A DNA stretch of 32,000 bases. It comes from Tannockella kyphosi (lineage in GTDB: Bacteria > Bacillota_I > Bacilli_A > Erysipelotrichales > Coprobacillaceae). Numbering within the stretch: the stretch's first letter is position 1; the number at the start of each line of letters is the position of its first letter. The translations under genes and the position numbers were made by a program. Below, piece by piece: positions 1 to 8,600 of this stretch. Below the pieces are notes generated by a model. That model saw nothing but the letters and a program-made list of their open reading frames with translations. It was not told where the DNA came from and searched no databases. The stretch lies in NCBI RefSeq assembly GCF_021054785.1, contig NZ_CP088239.1, positions 930,001 to 962,000 on the forward strand, read 5' to 3'.

Positions 1-25
1 CAAAAAACTTTTTGAAAGAAATCAT
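1..25 (-). CDS. 5' end (first 8 codons, MISFKKFL) of an unidentified gene that runs off the left edge
   Basis: ATG at 23-25 (minus) with AAGGAGA (rc of 32-38) 6-7 nt upstream. Only 25 nt lie in the window, so the product is unknowable. Confidence 0.3.
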
Positions 26-90
26 AGTTGGTCTCCTTTCTTTTATAAACTGCTTTATCATTATAACTCACTGTTGTATAGATGTAAAGA

Positions 91-121
91 AGACAAAAAC
101 CTCTTTATCAAAAGAGGTTTA
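91..121 (-). terminator. Rho-independent terminator after the ABC ATPase gene
   Basis: Perfect 10-bp stem aaacctcttt (97-106) / aaagaggttt (111-120) with loop atca. On the minus strand it is followed by TTGTCTTC. It overlaps the stop codon at 119-121. Confidence 0.7.
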
Positions 122-889
122 ATTATCGAATAAATCTTGTGTTTCACTAGAAGTTAACTGGATTATTTCATAAAAATATTCTTTTTGTGTTTTATTCCCT
201 CTTTCCAATTGAGCTGCAATTTTCCCATCTTTTATAAACAATAACTTAGATGAATAAGAAGCAATTTGAGCATCATGACTAACCATTACAATCGCTAGAT
301 TATTTTCATTATTCATTGTCTTTAACATAGACAGAAGATCGTGAGAATTTTTGCTATCTAAATTACCTGTTGGTTCATCTGCGATAATAATTTTAGGATT
401 GGTAACTAAAGATCTACAAATGGCTGCTCTTTGTTTTTGACCACCAGAACATTCATTAGGGAATTTATGAAGCAAATCACTAATCATTAATTTATCCGTA
501 TATTCTTTTACTAATGTTTCAATATTATTGATTGATTTCTTTTGTAATGATAAAGGAGTAGCAATATTTTCGTAAATAGTTAATGACTCAATTAAATTAT
601 AATTTTGAAATATAAAACCTAATTTCTCATATCTAAACTTCCCTATTTCTCTTTCACTCATTAACTTTATTTCTTTACCATCAATCTTTAAAATACCTTT
701 ACTAGGTTCATCAATCGTAGAAATATTATTTAATAAAGTAGATTTACCAGAACCAGAAGGACCCATAATACATAAAAAATCACCCTCATATACAATCAAA
801 CTAACATCACTAAGTGCTTCTAAAGCATGATCTGTATTTTCATTATATATTTTTGTAATATTCTTAGCATCAATTAATATTTTATTCAT
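119..889 (-). CDS. ABC transporter ATP-binding protein (MacB/LolD/FtsE-like)
   Basis: Walker A GPSGSGKST, ABC signature SGGQKQR, Walker B IIIADEPTGNLD, H-loop VSHD. AAGGAG SD before the ATG. 8-nt overlap with the upstream permease gene. Confidence 0.9.
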   Translation of the reverse strand: MNKILIDAKNITKIYNENTDHALEALSDVSLIVYEGDFLCIMGPSGSGKSTLLNNISTIDEPSKGILKIDGKEIKLMSEREIGKFRYEKLGFIFQNYNLIESLTIYENIATPLSLQKKSINNIETLVKEYTDKLMISDLLHKFPNECSGGQKQRAAICRSLVTNPKIIIADEPTGNLDSKNSHDLLSMLKTMNNENNLAIVMVSHDAQIASYSSKLLFIKDGKIAAQLERGNKTQKEYFYEIIQLTSSETQDLFDN

Positions 890-2183
890 AAACTTCTCCT
901 TTTACTTTGATATTAACAGTTCGATTATATAAGTACATTGTAACAATCATGGATAAAAGTGATGGAAATACATAAAATAGGATTAAAGAAAATAACATCT
1001 TTGTACTTAATCCACCTGCTATCACAAATTTTAAACCTATTATTAAAATATAAGGTAATGGCATTACTAAAATAGTTCCATAAAATATCATAACTTCTTT
1101 TATAATCATATTTTTACGCTCTTGATAAATATAACCAATCTTTGCCATCGCAATAAACTCACCTTTTCGTAAAACAACAAGATCACAAAACTTACATACA
1201 AGCCCAACAATAATAAGAATAACAATGGATATGTAACTTAAAATAGCAGTGAAGTATTCATTTGATGAAGGATCTTGACCTATTAAAATAGGTACTAATA
1301 AAGTAATCAAACAAAGCATTAACATACTCATAATAATAGTCCCTTGCATTGAAACACAATAATTACTAAAAGGGATAAAAGAAAATGGTTTTTCAAGAAG
1401 TTTCTTCAAATTTAACTGACGAACCACCTTAGGAATAACTTGTTTAATAATCCCATACATTGCAAAAGAACCAAGAAAAGTAGGAACAACATATGCTACA
1501 GCATAATGTTCTTGGAAAACAATACTAATCAAAGCTGCAAAGTATATAAAAATATAAACTGGTGTTTTTATTTTAGTATCTTTTATTATTGTACCACTTG
1601 CTTTTTCTGTTCTTCCTAACAATACTTGAATTGTGTTTCGATGTGAAAACCCGGCAATTGATATCATAATAGTCATTATAATAGGAATAATAGTGAAACT
1701 ACATCCAAAATAAGTAGAAAAAGGAACATGATAGACAATATTAATATTAAGATATTGATACATAATGGTATATAACTGATTTAATGCGATAGTTCCTAAT
1801 AAAAAGGATAAAGGTATTGTAATAATTAAGATAACAGTAATTTGACAAGCTACATATAAAACAACATCAATAAAAGTCCCCCCACTAATATAGATTAGTG
1901 CAAACTCTTTGACTTTTTTATTCAAATAATAATCACTAGCATATAATATCATCACCCAACAAATACAAATAATTAAAAAAGGTAAACCAATTGACAATGG
2001 TACGGATACCTGATTCCAAGAAGCACCACCTGATACTGTATCACCTTGTACTAAATATGGATTATCAATAATATCGATAAATATAAAACTGATAAATAAC
2101 GAAAATAATAAAATAAAACTATAACTAATTGATTTTATGTATTCTCTTTTTAACATCTGTAACGCAAATTTAATAGTACCCAT
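882..2183 (-). CDS. Polytopic ABC transporter permease (about 10 hydrophobic segments; family not assigned)
   Basis: 433-aa ORF that is almost entirely hydrophobic helices. GGAGGG SD 7 nt before the ATG. Translationally coupled to the ATPase gene downstream. Confidence 0.6.
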   Translation of the reverse strand: MGTIKFALQMLKREYIKSISYSFILLFSLFISFIFIDIIDNPYLVQGDTVSGGASWNQVSVPLSIGLPFLIICICWVMILYASDYYLNKKVKEFALIYISGGTFIDVVLYVACQITVILIITIPLSFLLGTIALNQLYTIMYQYLNINIVYHVPFSTYFGCSFTIIPIIMTIMISIAGFSHRNTIQVLLGRTEKASGTIIKDTKIKTPVYIFIYFAALISIVFQEHYAVAYVVPTFLGSFAMYGIIKQVIPKVVRQLNLKKLLEKPFSFIPFSNYCVSMQGTIIMSMLMLCLITLLVPILIGQDPSSNEYFTAILSYISIVILIIVGLVCKFCDLVVLRKGEFIAMAKIGYIYQERKNMIIKEVMIFYGTILVMPLPYILIIGLKFVIAGGLSTKMLFSLILFYVFPSLLSMIVTMYLYNRTVNIKVKGEVYE

Positions 2184-2265
2184 GATTAGCCCTCCTATCT
2201 ATTATAGTAAATGAATCAAATATAATTATATTACTTTTACAGTATTTGAAAAACATAACTCATTG

Positions 2266-2296
2266 ATATTAAAAAGAAATACCGAAGTATTTCTTT
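2266..2296 (-). terminator. Rho-independent terminator closing the XrtG-type operon
   Basis: Perfect 10-bp stem aaagaaatac (2273-2282) / gtatttcttt (2287-2296) with loop cgaa. On the minus strand it sits immediately after the stop at 2297-2299 and is followed by TTTTTAATAT. Confidence 0.7.
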
Positions 2297-2656
2297 TTAA
2301 TATCTAGTAATATAACTTCTTGAAGGCGTTTCACTTATTGTAAAACTTCGCAGTGACCATTTTCTTTTTAACATTTCTTCATCAATTAGTTCTGTAAAAT
2401 AATCACCAATCACTTCTAAGGTTGGAAATCTTTTATCAAAAGGAGCTAAATCATTTAATAAACTATTTTGATAAATAGATAAAAGATCTTTAATAACTGC
2501 TTCAATTTGACTAAAAGGAATTACTTTTTCACCCTGTACTTCAACCATAACAGTAATTTCCCATGTATGTGGATGAACTTGTCCTAAGCGATTTTCAATT
2601 AATACATAGTGATTTGCATCTAAATAGAACTTATATTGATACATTCTCTTTAACAT
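2297..2656 (-). CDS. 6-pyruvoyl-tetrahydropterin synthase/QueD-related small protein (paralog 2)
   Basis: 119 aa. It aligns by eye with E. coli QueD: F-x-x-D-A-N-H, then H-P-H-T-W (HGHSF-type His pair), L-L-N-D (YLND block) and S-E-T-P (KETC block). It contains no Cys at all. AGGAGG SD; the ATG directly abuts the GT2 stop. Confidence 0.65.
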   Translation of the reverse strand: MLKRMYQYKFYLDANHYVLIENRLGQVHPHTWEITVMVEVQGEKVIPFSQIEAVIKDLLSIYQNSLLNDLAPFDKRFPTLEVIGDYFTELIDEEMLKRKWSLRSFTISETPSRSYITRY

Positions 2657-3955
2657 TTATTTCTCCTCCTTTTTGAGCCATGAAAAAGTAATATCTTTCC
2701 ACACATAGCAAAAAAACATACTTATTTCATCTTTAATAGTATAGGAACTGTTATTTTTATAGCGTAAATGACTAGTTTTTTTAGTCAAGATAAACTGATA
2801 TGGATATGTCAAAACCTTATAAATAGGATGTAATAATAAGAAAATAAAGGAATGTAAATAATACTTTTTATCATCACAAAATAAAGATAGGTAAGATAAA
2901 ATATTGAAACTATAGAATAGTGTACTAATAAGATAGATTCCATAAATACAAGCAAATGATATACCTAATTGATAGAAACCAAATATTGAATAGGTATAGA
3001 TAGTCATGGAAACAAACCAAATAGCCTTTATCATGTATCCTAAATACATAACTAAGGAAGATAGAATTGATTTTTTAATTAATTGAAATGAAAATATTTT
3101 CAATTGATCCATATTCCATTGTCTTTTATTATAAACACATTGACGTATAGAATGAGTTGGTGGAATATAAAAAATAGCGTTCTCACATAAACTTACCTTA
3201 AAATTCTTAGCTGATAATTGAGCAGTTATATGACTATCTTCTACTAATGTATTAGTATCATATAAAAAAGTTGATAATATTGATGATTTTTTAAATACTG
3301 TATAAGGGGCAGAAACAGTCATTTGATTTTTTATGTTTGATTTATAATTTTTACCTGTAAAAAATGTTTTACAGAAATCCAAAAATTCAAAACGACGAAT
3401 AAATCGTAAAACAATCGAACTTTTCTTTTTTATTTGTTTTTTATCAGTTAAAACAACTCCTGTTAAACAATCAATAGAACGATCGTTTTCAAAACGTGTA
3501 ACTATATTACACAAAGAATCAACATGAAAATATCCAATTGTATCTACATTCACAATATATTTTCCTTCACTATTAAATAATCCCTTATTCAAAGCTTTCG
3601 CCTTCCCTAAATTAGACGAAATCCAACGCATATTAATATCATATTTTAATTGGCATAACTGAAAAACATCAAACGTATCATCCGTACATCCTGTATCTAA
3701 CAACAAAATACTGATTAAATAATTTTCATAAGAACAATCATTTATGGAAGCAATACATCTTTCTAACGTTTCTTGACAATTATATACAGGAATTAAGATC
3801 GTTATTTCTGGGAACATTTTAGGAGGAATATCAATTTTAGGTTTCTTATTTTTATTTAAAAACAAATAACATAAAATGGCAGGTAGTAACTCAAATAAAA
3901 ATGGAACAATAAGCCATAAACCAAAACAAAAGAAATAATGATAGAATAATTCCAT
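2657..3955 (-). CDS. Family-2 glycosyltransferase, membrane-embedded processive-synthase type
   Basis: N-terminal TM, then a GT-A core (ILIPVYN..., DTGCTDDT, VNVDT, LVEDSHIT). NKRQW sits where processive GT2s carry QxxRW. At least 4 C-terminal TM segments. The ATG overlaps the stop of the upstream gene (TAATG). Confidence 0.8.
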   Translation of the reverse strand: MELFYHYFFCFGLWLIVPFLFELLPAILCYLFLNKNKKPKIDIPPKMFPEITILIPVYNCQETLERCIASINDCSYENYLISILLLDTGCTDDTFDVFQLCQLKYDINMRWISSNLGKAKALNKGLFNSEGKYIVNVDTIGYFHVDSLCNIVTRFENDRSIDCLTGVVLTDKKQIKKKSSIVLRFIRRFEFLDFCKTFFTGKNYKSNIKNQMTVSAPYTVFKKSSILSTFLYDTNTLVEDSHITAQLSAKNFKVSLCENAIFYIPPTHSIRQCVYNKRQWNMDQLKIFSFQLIKKSILSSLVMYLGYMIKAIWFVSMTIYTYSIFGFYQLGISFACIYGIYLISTLFYSFNILSYLSLFCDDKKYYLHSFIFLLLHPIYKVLTYPYQFILTKKTSHLRYKNNSSYTIKDEISMFFCYVWKDITFSWLKKEEK

Positions 3956-4530
3956 TATAATTCCCTCCTATTTTTCCATTTTAACATCCTTTTCTTATTG
4001 AAAAAGATATATTTAAAAAATAAAAACAGTAATAAACAATAAATAATTGTAATAAAAATAGAAAAGTAAAAATATAATATATCCCCTACAAAAGATATGT
4101 ATAAAGATAGAATAATAATTTTAATAATATTAAAATATATTATTACAAAAAAACCGATTAATAGATATTTGACTTTTTCTAGAATCTTGTATAAAGGAGA
4201 AACAACTAATAATGAAAAATAGAAAGAAATTTCTAACAATCCTGAAGTAAATAAAGTAATTAGATAACTATATACTTGATTTTGGTTTTGAAACACTAAT
4301 AAGCCATAAACTGGATCCCCTTGAAACAAGTTTAACACTTCCCCTAATGGGCTTAAAAATAACGTGAACATATAAATAAACTCATACTTAAAATAAGGCA
4401 TAAGCATATATATTCCGCAAAATAATCCAATAGCTATAAAAACGGAACCTAGTGTCGCTAATTTAGCACGATAACAAACAAAAATGCAATAAAGCCATAT
4501 TACTAGAGCAATAATAATACTTATATTCAT
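3955..4530 (-). CDS. xrtG: Small polytopic membrane protein; candidate XrtG-type (Gram-positive exosortase-family) protein
   Basis: 191 aa with about 6 hydrophobic segments. The call rests mainly on context: a GT2 plus two QueD-related genes, the neighbourhood I recall as defining XrtG. Internal LFTSGLLE string. Not verified by alignment. Confidence 0.45.
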   Translation of the reverse strand: MNISIIIALVIWLYCIFVCYRAKLATLGSVFIAIGLFCGIYMLMPYFKYEFIYMFTLFLSPLGEVLNLFQGDPVYGLLVFQNQNQVYSYLITLFTSGLLEISFYFSLLVVSPLYKILEKVKYLLIGFFVIIYFNIIKIIILSLYISFVGDILYFYFSIFITIIYCLLLFLFFKYIFFNKKRMLKWKNRREL

Positions 4531-4532
4531 AT

Positions 4533-4865
4533 TTATTCAACCCTTTCAATGCGATATAGCTGTATAGGTGAATCACTAAGTTCTAATGCGATTAGATTCT
4601 TATTCCCTATCAGACGATCGAAATCTTTAAAGATTTCTTCTGCAATCACTTCAATAGTTGGAATTTCAAAGAAAATATCATTTAAATATTTCCCTTTGTA
4701 TCTCCTTAAATAGGTGATTAATTTTTTTTCCGTAATATCATAAGACATATTTTCTTGATGCTTCAAAAAAGCACTTACCACAAATGAATGAGTATGAACT
4801 TGTGTATTGTCTAATCTATTGCTATGAGCAGCATTAAAACTAAAAGAATATTTATAACATCCCAT
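4533..4865 (-). CDS. 6-pyruvoyl-tetrahydropterin synthase/QueD-related small protein (paralog 1)
   Basis: FSFNAAH...HTHSF...YLND...PTIEVIAEEIF aligns by eye with QueD FEAAH...HGHSF...YLND...PTSEVLAKWIW. Start moved to the ATG at 4863-4865 (MGCYKYSF), which has AGGAGG 6 nt upstream. The track's longer start would overlap the EAL gene. Confidence 0.7.
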   Translation of the reverse strand: MGCYKYSFSFNAAHSNRLDNTQVHTHSFVVSAFLKHQENMSYDITEKKLITYLRRYKGKYLNDIFFEIPTIEVIAEEIFKDFDRLIGNKNLIALELSDSPIQLYRIERVE

Positions 4866-4881
4866 AATCATCCTCCTAAAG

Positions 4882-7398
4882 TTAGTTATTTTTAAATATA
4901 CTATCAAATGGTAAAGGTTTCGCAAAATAATATCCTTGTGAATGCAAAATATGAAACTTTTCTACTTTTTCTTGAATTTCCTTATTCTCAACATATTCAG
5001 CAACTAAATCAATCGATAACTTATCACCTAAAGAACTAATTATATCTAATAAAACTTCACTATCTTTATCTTTATCTAATTCTTTAATAATTTGTCCATC
5101 TATTTTAATAACATCCGGATGTATCTTAATAATTTCATAAAGATTTGAGTATCCAGAACCAAAATCATCGACCGCTATTTTTGCACCATAAGTTCGTATT
5201 TCTTTAATAAAATCATTTAAACTAGACATATCTTCTATATAATCTTCTTCTACAATTTCAAAAGTAATCTGAGAAGGATTTTTATGAGACGCAAGTTTCT
5301 TTATAATAAAAGTTTTCAGTTTTGATGAAGAAATATCATGTGCTGATAAATTAATATTAATACCATAATCTAATCCATTAAAATCATTTAATGCTTGATC
5401 AATCATACGAATATTTAAATCTAAATATAAACGATATTTTTTAGAAATAGGCATAAATGAATAAGGTGTATGGATATTTCCATCCATGTCTTCTAAACGC
5501 ATTAAAGCCTCGTATTTATCAATACATTTTGTTTTATTATTATATAGCCCTTGATAATAAGGAATGATTTTATCATTCGTTAAAGCATATTGAATTAATT
5601 GAATAGCATCTAATTCTGATTTTGAGGCATTACTTTGAACAGGTTGTAGTGAACTAATAATCATCCTGTTTTGTGATAATTTGTTATGTTCTAATTGTAT
5701 ATAAGCTTCTTCTAATAAAGAATCTCCCTTATCAACAACTATAAAACGTAAAAGGAAAGGTGTTGTTAATGTTTTGTTTTGATGATCATTGCATATAAAT
5801 TCCATTTTATGAACAAAATCAATAAAATCATGGGTAGAAAGTATATTTTTACCAGCCAATACAAATGTACTGTTATCAAATATATAAGGGATAATAAAAT
5901 CATTATGATCTTGAAATAAAGGAGAATATTTCATCATTTGAATGAATTGTTGAATGTTTTCAAAATATTCGTTTAAACCTAAATGAGAATGTAAAATATC
6001 AGAATTCTCAATTTTAATTAAACATATCTTATTAAACTTATTATCTTTTACATCCAATTCAAATTGAAACATATTCCCTAATCCATAAGTAGATTCTAAT
6101 AATGTTTGACTGTTATAACCAGATTCTTTATTAATAATTTGATCTAAAATAACATCATTTTCAACAGAAGAAGTACGCCCTTGTTTATTTGTTAAAAACT
6201 CAAGCAAATCCTGACTATCATCTTGAATATCATCTAGATGCTTCAAAACATCCACATCCACATCTAAATAGTTTTCTTTTTCACCGAAACCAGTTAAAAC
6301 ACAAGAACCATTTAAAAGTGTATTCGCTCCATTATCATAACCAAACTCACCTAACAAGAAAACTCCATTAACAGGATTTTTATGAAAAGTAGTTAATTCC
6401 CATTGTGCACAATTTTTTAAATATAACTTTCTAAATAAACAACTGTAACAAAATAATGTTTCCATTGAGCTATTTTTAACTAAATAAGTAGTTTCTTTTA
6501 CTTCTTCAATACATTTAGAAGGTGAAGTATAACTAATTTTAAATTTAGTTCCTTTTTCTAAACGACTAAAATACTGAGATATTTGTTGTGAATCTTCATC
6601 AAAATGGACAAAACGAATTGCACTAGGATGACTTTCTAATGATATTTGAAAGCGGACCAAAGGGTCTAATTTCGCTGTTTCTTCCCATGTTGTATAATGT
6701 TTTGTGCTTAAGAATCCTAGTTTCTCTTCTAACCATTCTCTGGCAGGAACATTTTCTATTGTAGTAATTACACGATCTTTTACACCTGTAATTGTATATG
6801 TTTTTGTAACCGGTGTATGTGAGGTATTAATACGGTGGAACGTACTAAATGTTTCTCCATAAACACCTGCACATATCAAAGCATTTGATTGATAAGTAGT
6901 ATCATCAAAAACAAAAGGAGTTGTTTTACTTTGATATAATTCTCCTGACATTCCTCCAGCAATTTGTGTTTTAATCATTGCTATGTTTAATGTTTCGATA
7001 AGTTGATGAGCGTAATCATAATATGCGCCGACAAACATTCGAAGTAATTTTGGTTGGTTATTACCCCAAAACGAAGATACTTCATTACTAATTTCTTGAT
7101 ATGTTTTATTCTCTAAAGAAATCATGGTTGTATCGAAATTACTAGATTCATACTGTTCTATACATAGTAAAGTATGTTGATCGTATTGTTTATCATGATA
7201 AATAATACCATTTACACTACTCCCTATTATTTTACTATTTGGTAATAATTCTTTTACTTTTTTAGCAAATTCGACAGCATCTGTAGGCTCTAAAGCACAC
7301 GTAAAAATTTGCACTAAGCACTGCTTAGCACTATCAATATCCTGTAAATTTTGTTCCAATAATTCAGTTGATTCAAACAAATGATGTATGACTTTCAT
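4882..7398 (-). CDS. FIST-domain / degenerate GGDEF-like / EAL-domain protein (c-di-GMP phosphodiesterase)
   Basis: C-terminal EAL signatures: YEALMRL, NINLS, FEIVEE, DDFGSGYSNL, KIDGQ, AEYVE, QGYYF. The middle region resembles a GGDEF fold, but the motif slot reads FDNSTF. The N-terminal ~400 aa is FIST-like (IGSSVNGII, AGGMSGE, LGEFGY). AGGGGGG SD. Confidence 0.8.
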   Translation of the reverse strand: MKVIHHLFESTELLEQNLQDIDSAKQCLVQIFTCALEPTDAVEFAKKVKELLPNSKIIGSSVNGIIYHDKQYDQHTLLCIEQYESSNFDTTMISLENKTYQEISNEVSSFWGNNQPKLLRMFVGAYYDYAHQLIETLNIAMIKTQIAGGMSGELYQSKTTPFVFDDTTYQSNALICAGVYGETFSTFHRINTSHTPVTKTYTITGVKDRVITTIENVPAREWLEEKLGFLSTKHYTTWEETAKLDPLVRFQISLESHPSAIRFVHFDEDSQQISQYFSRLEKGTKFKISYTSPSKCIEEVKETTYLVKNSSMETLFCYSCLFRKLYLKNCAQWELTTFHKNPVNGVFLLGEFGYDNGANTLLNGSCVLTGFGEKENYLDVDVDVLKHLDDIQDDSQDLLEFLTNKQGRTSSVENDVILDQIINKESGYNSQTLLESTYGLGNMFQFELDVKDNKFNKICLIKIENSDILHSHLGLNEYFENIQQFIQMMKYSPLFQDHNDFIIPYIFDNSTFVLAGKNILSTHDFIDFVHKMEFICNDHQNKTLTTPFLLRFIVVDKGDSLLEEAYIQLEHNKLSQNRMIISSLQPVQSNASKSELDAIQLIQYALTNDKIIPYYQGLYNNKTKCIDKYEALMRLEDMDGNIHTPYSFMPISKKYRLYLDLNIRMIDQALNDFNGLDYGININLSAHDISSSKLKTFIIKKLASHKNPSQITFEIVEEDYIEDMSSLNDFIKEIRTYGAKIAVDDFGSGYSNLYEIIKIHPDVIKIDGQIIKELDKDKDSEVLLDIISSLGDKLSIDLVAEYVENKEIQEKVEKFHILHSQGYYFAKPLPFDSIFKNN

Positions 7399-7400
7399 TT

Positions 7401-8594
7401 TTACGCCCCCCTACTTAATTTATATTCTTGTTTAAAAAGATACATTTTTTGATCACACTCGTCTAAAATTTTTTCTATACTATTTCCACATCCTGTTTCT
7501 ACTTCTTGTATCCCATAACTAATAGACATTGTATATTCTTTAGGACTAGCAGCTATAATTTCATTAAAGACAGACTGCATCTTCTGTTCCATCTCTAAAT
7601 AAGAAAGCGTAGAAATGACAACAAATTCATCGCCTCCGATTCTACATAAATACTCAGTAGTATGATCAATATGTTGGATAGTACATTTTGTTACATAATT
7701 AATATAGTAATCTCCTTGGTTATGACCAAAATTATCATTTACAATTTTTAAGTCATTAATATCAATCAAGGTTATTGAAAATGAGTCATTAACAGTTAAT
7801 CTTTTTTTAATTTCGTTAAAGCAAAAACGACGGTTATAACAACCAGTTAAAGCATCACTATAAGCAATTTGTGTTAAATTTAGTTGATTTGTTTGTTCTT
7901 TTGTGACATCTGAAACATAATGGACTAAAGCTCTTTTTCCTTCCCATAGAAAATCATAAGAACGTAAAGCATGGTAAGATTTTAAAATTTCATTATAGTA
8001 TATTGTTGTTTCCTCATTTGCTAGTGCAGAATCCATTTTAGTAAAATGGATTTGACGAAGGGAAAAAGTTTCTAGTTGATAAGCTTCCTCTTTATTATTA
8101 TATATAATAACCCCAGATTCTATATCTTCCACAACGATCCAATCACTGTGGGCATCCATGATTACTTTTAATAGATCAGTTGTTTTTTTTAAAGTGATTG
8201 CATTTTCTTTTAGTTTATTTTCTCTTTCTTCTAATTGACGAATCATTTCATTAAAAGACTCAGAAAAATCTCCTAAGAAGATAACTTTTTGAGCATAGTC
8301 CCCATTTGCAACTTGTTGTGTTTGCCAAGTTAAATGCTTCAAAACTCCATGTAATTCTTTTAAGCCACCGGTTAATAAGTTGTGTCGTCCTGGTAAAGGG
8401 GCATCTAAATTACCTTTACAAATATTGCTAGAAAACTCATTAAGTTCTTGGACACAATTCGATAAATAGAGCAATCCTTCTTGAACATTGTTGATTGTTT
8501 TGTCACAAGATACTAAATCATCTTTAGTAAGCTCTACATTTAAAAGTATTTTCTTGAGTTGTTCTAAAAGAAAATCATAATTAAACGAATCCAT
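7401..8594 (-). CDS. Diguanylate cyclase (cytoplasmic HAMP/coiled-coil plus PAS-like N-terminus, GGDEF C-terminus)
   Basis: ALTGCYNRR, DINDLKIVNDNFGHNQGD and RIGGDEFVV are all intact. The RxxD I-site slot reads HTTE. There is a 2-nt gap to the EAL gene. Confidence 0.9.
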   Translation of the reverse strand: MDSFNYDFLLEQLKKILLNVELTKDDLVSCDKTINNVQEGLLYLSNCVQELNEFSSNICKGNLDAPLPGRHNLLTGGLKELHGVLKHLTWQTQQVANGDYAQKVIFLGDFSESFNEMIRQLEERENKLKENAITLKKTTDLLKVIMDAHSDWIVVEDIESGVIIYNNKEEAYQLETFSLRQIHFTKMDSALANEETTIYYNEILKSYHALRSYDFLWEGKRALVHYVSDVTKEQTNQLNLTQIAYSDALTGCYNRRFCFNEIKKRLTVNDSFSITLIDINDLKIVNDNFGHNQGDYYINYVTKCTIQHIDHTTEYLCRIGGDEFVVISTLSYLEMEQKMQSVFNEIIAASPKEYTMSISYGIQEVETGCGNSIEKILDECDQKMYLFKQEYKLSRGA

Positions 8595-8600
8595 CGTATG

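Noticed and set aside
2225-2252. Candidate promoter for the ABC pair: TTTTCA (rc of 2247-2252), 16 nt, TATAAT (rc of 2225-2230).
   Set aside because: It is plausible, but such hexamers occur by chance very often in this AT-rich DNA, and I have no independent support.
4866-4925. N-terminal extension of the QueD-like ORF (MRNLYHLIVYLKITNFRRMI) overlapping the end of the EAL gene. Similar track extensions lie at 10669-10686, 11184-11213, 23142-23174 and 25829-25834.
   Set aside because: In each case an internal ATG has a much better Shine-Dalgarno at proper spacing. The extension either starts on a non-ATG codon or overlaps the neighbouring gene or the SD itself.
6189-6371. Plus-strand 60-aa ORF inside the FIST-EAL gene. 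Similar antisense track ORFs lie at 15693-15968, 18324-18530, 19584-19802, 19697-19930, 21152-21412, 25333-25518, 27220-27471, 28005-28241 and 31506-31721.
   Set aside because: All lie wholly inside well-supported minus-strand genes. They lack an SD and have low-complexity or odd composition typical of shadow frames, and none shows a recognisable motif.
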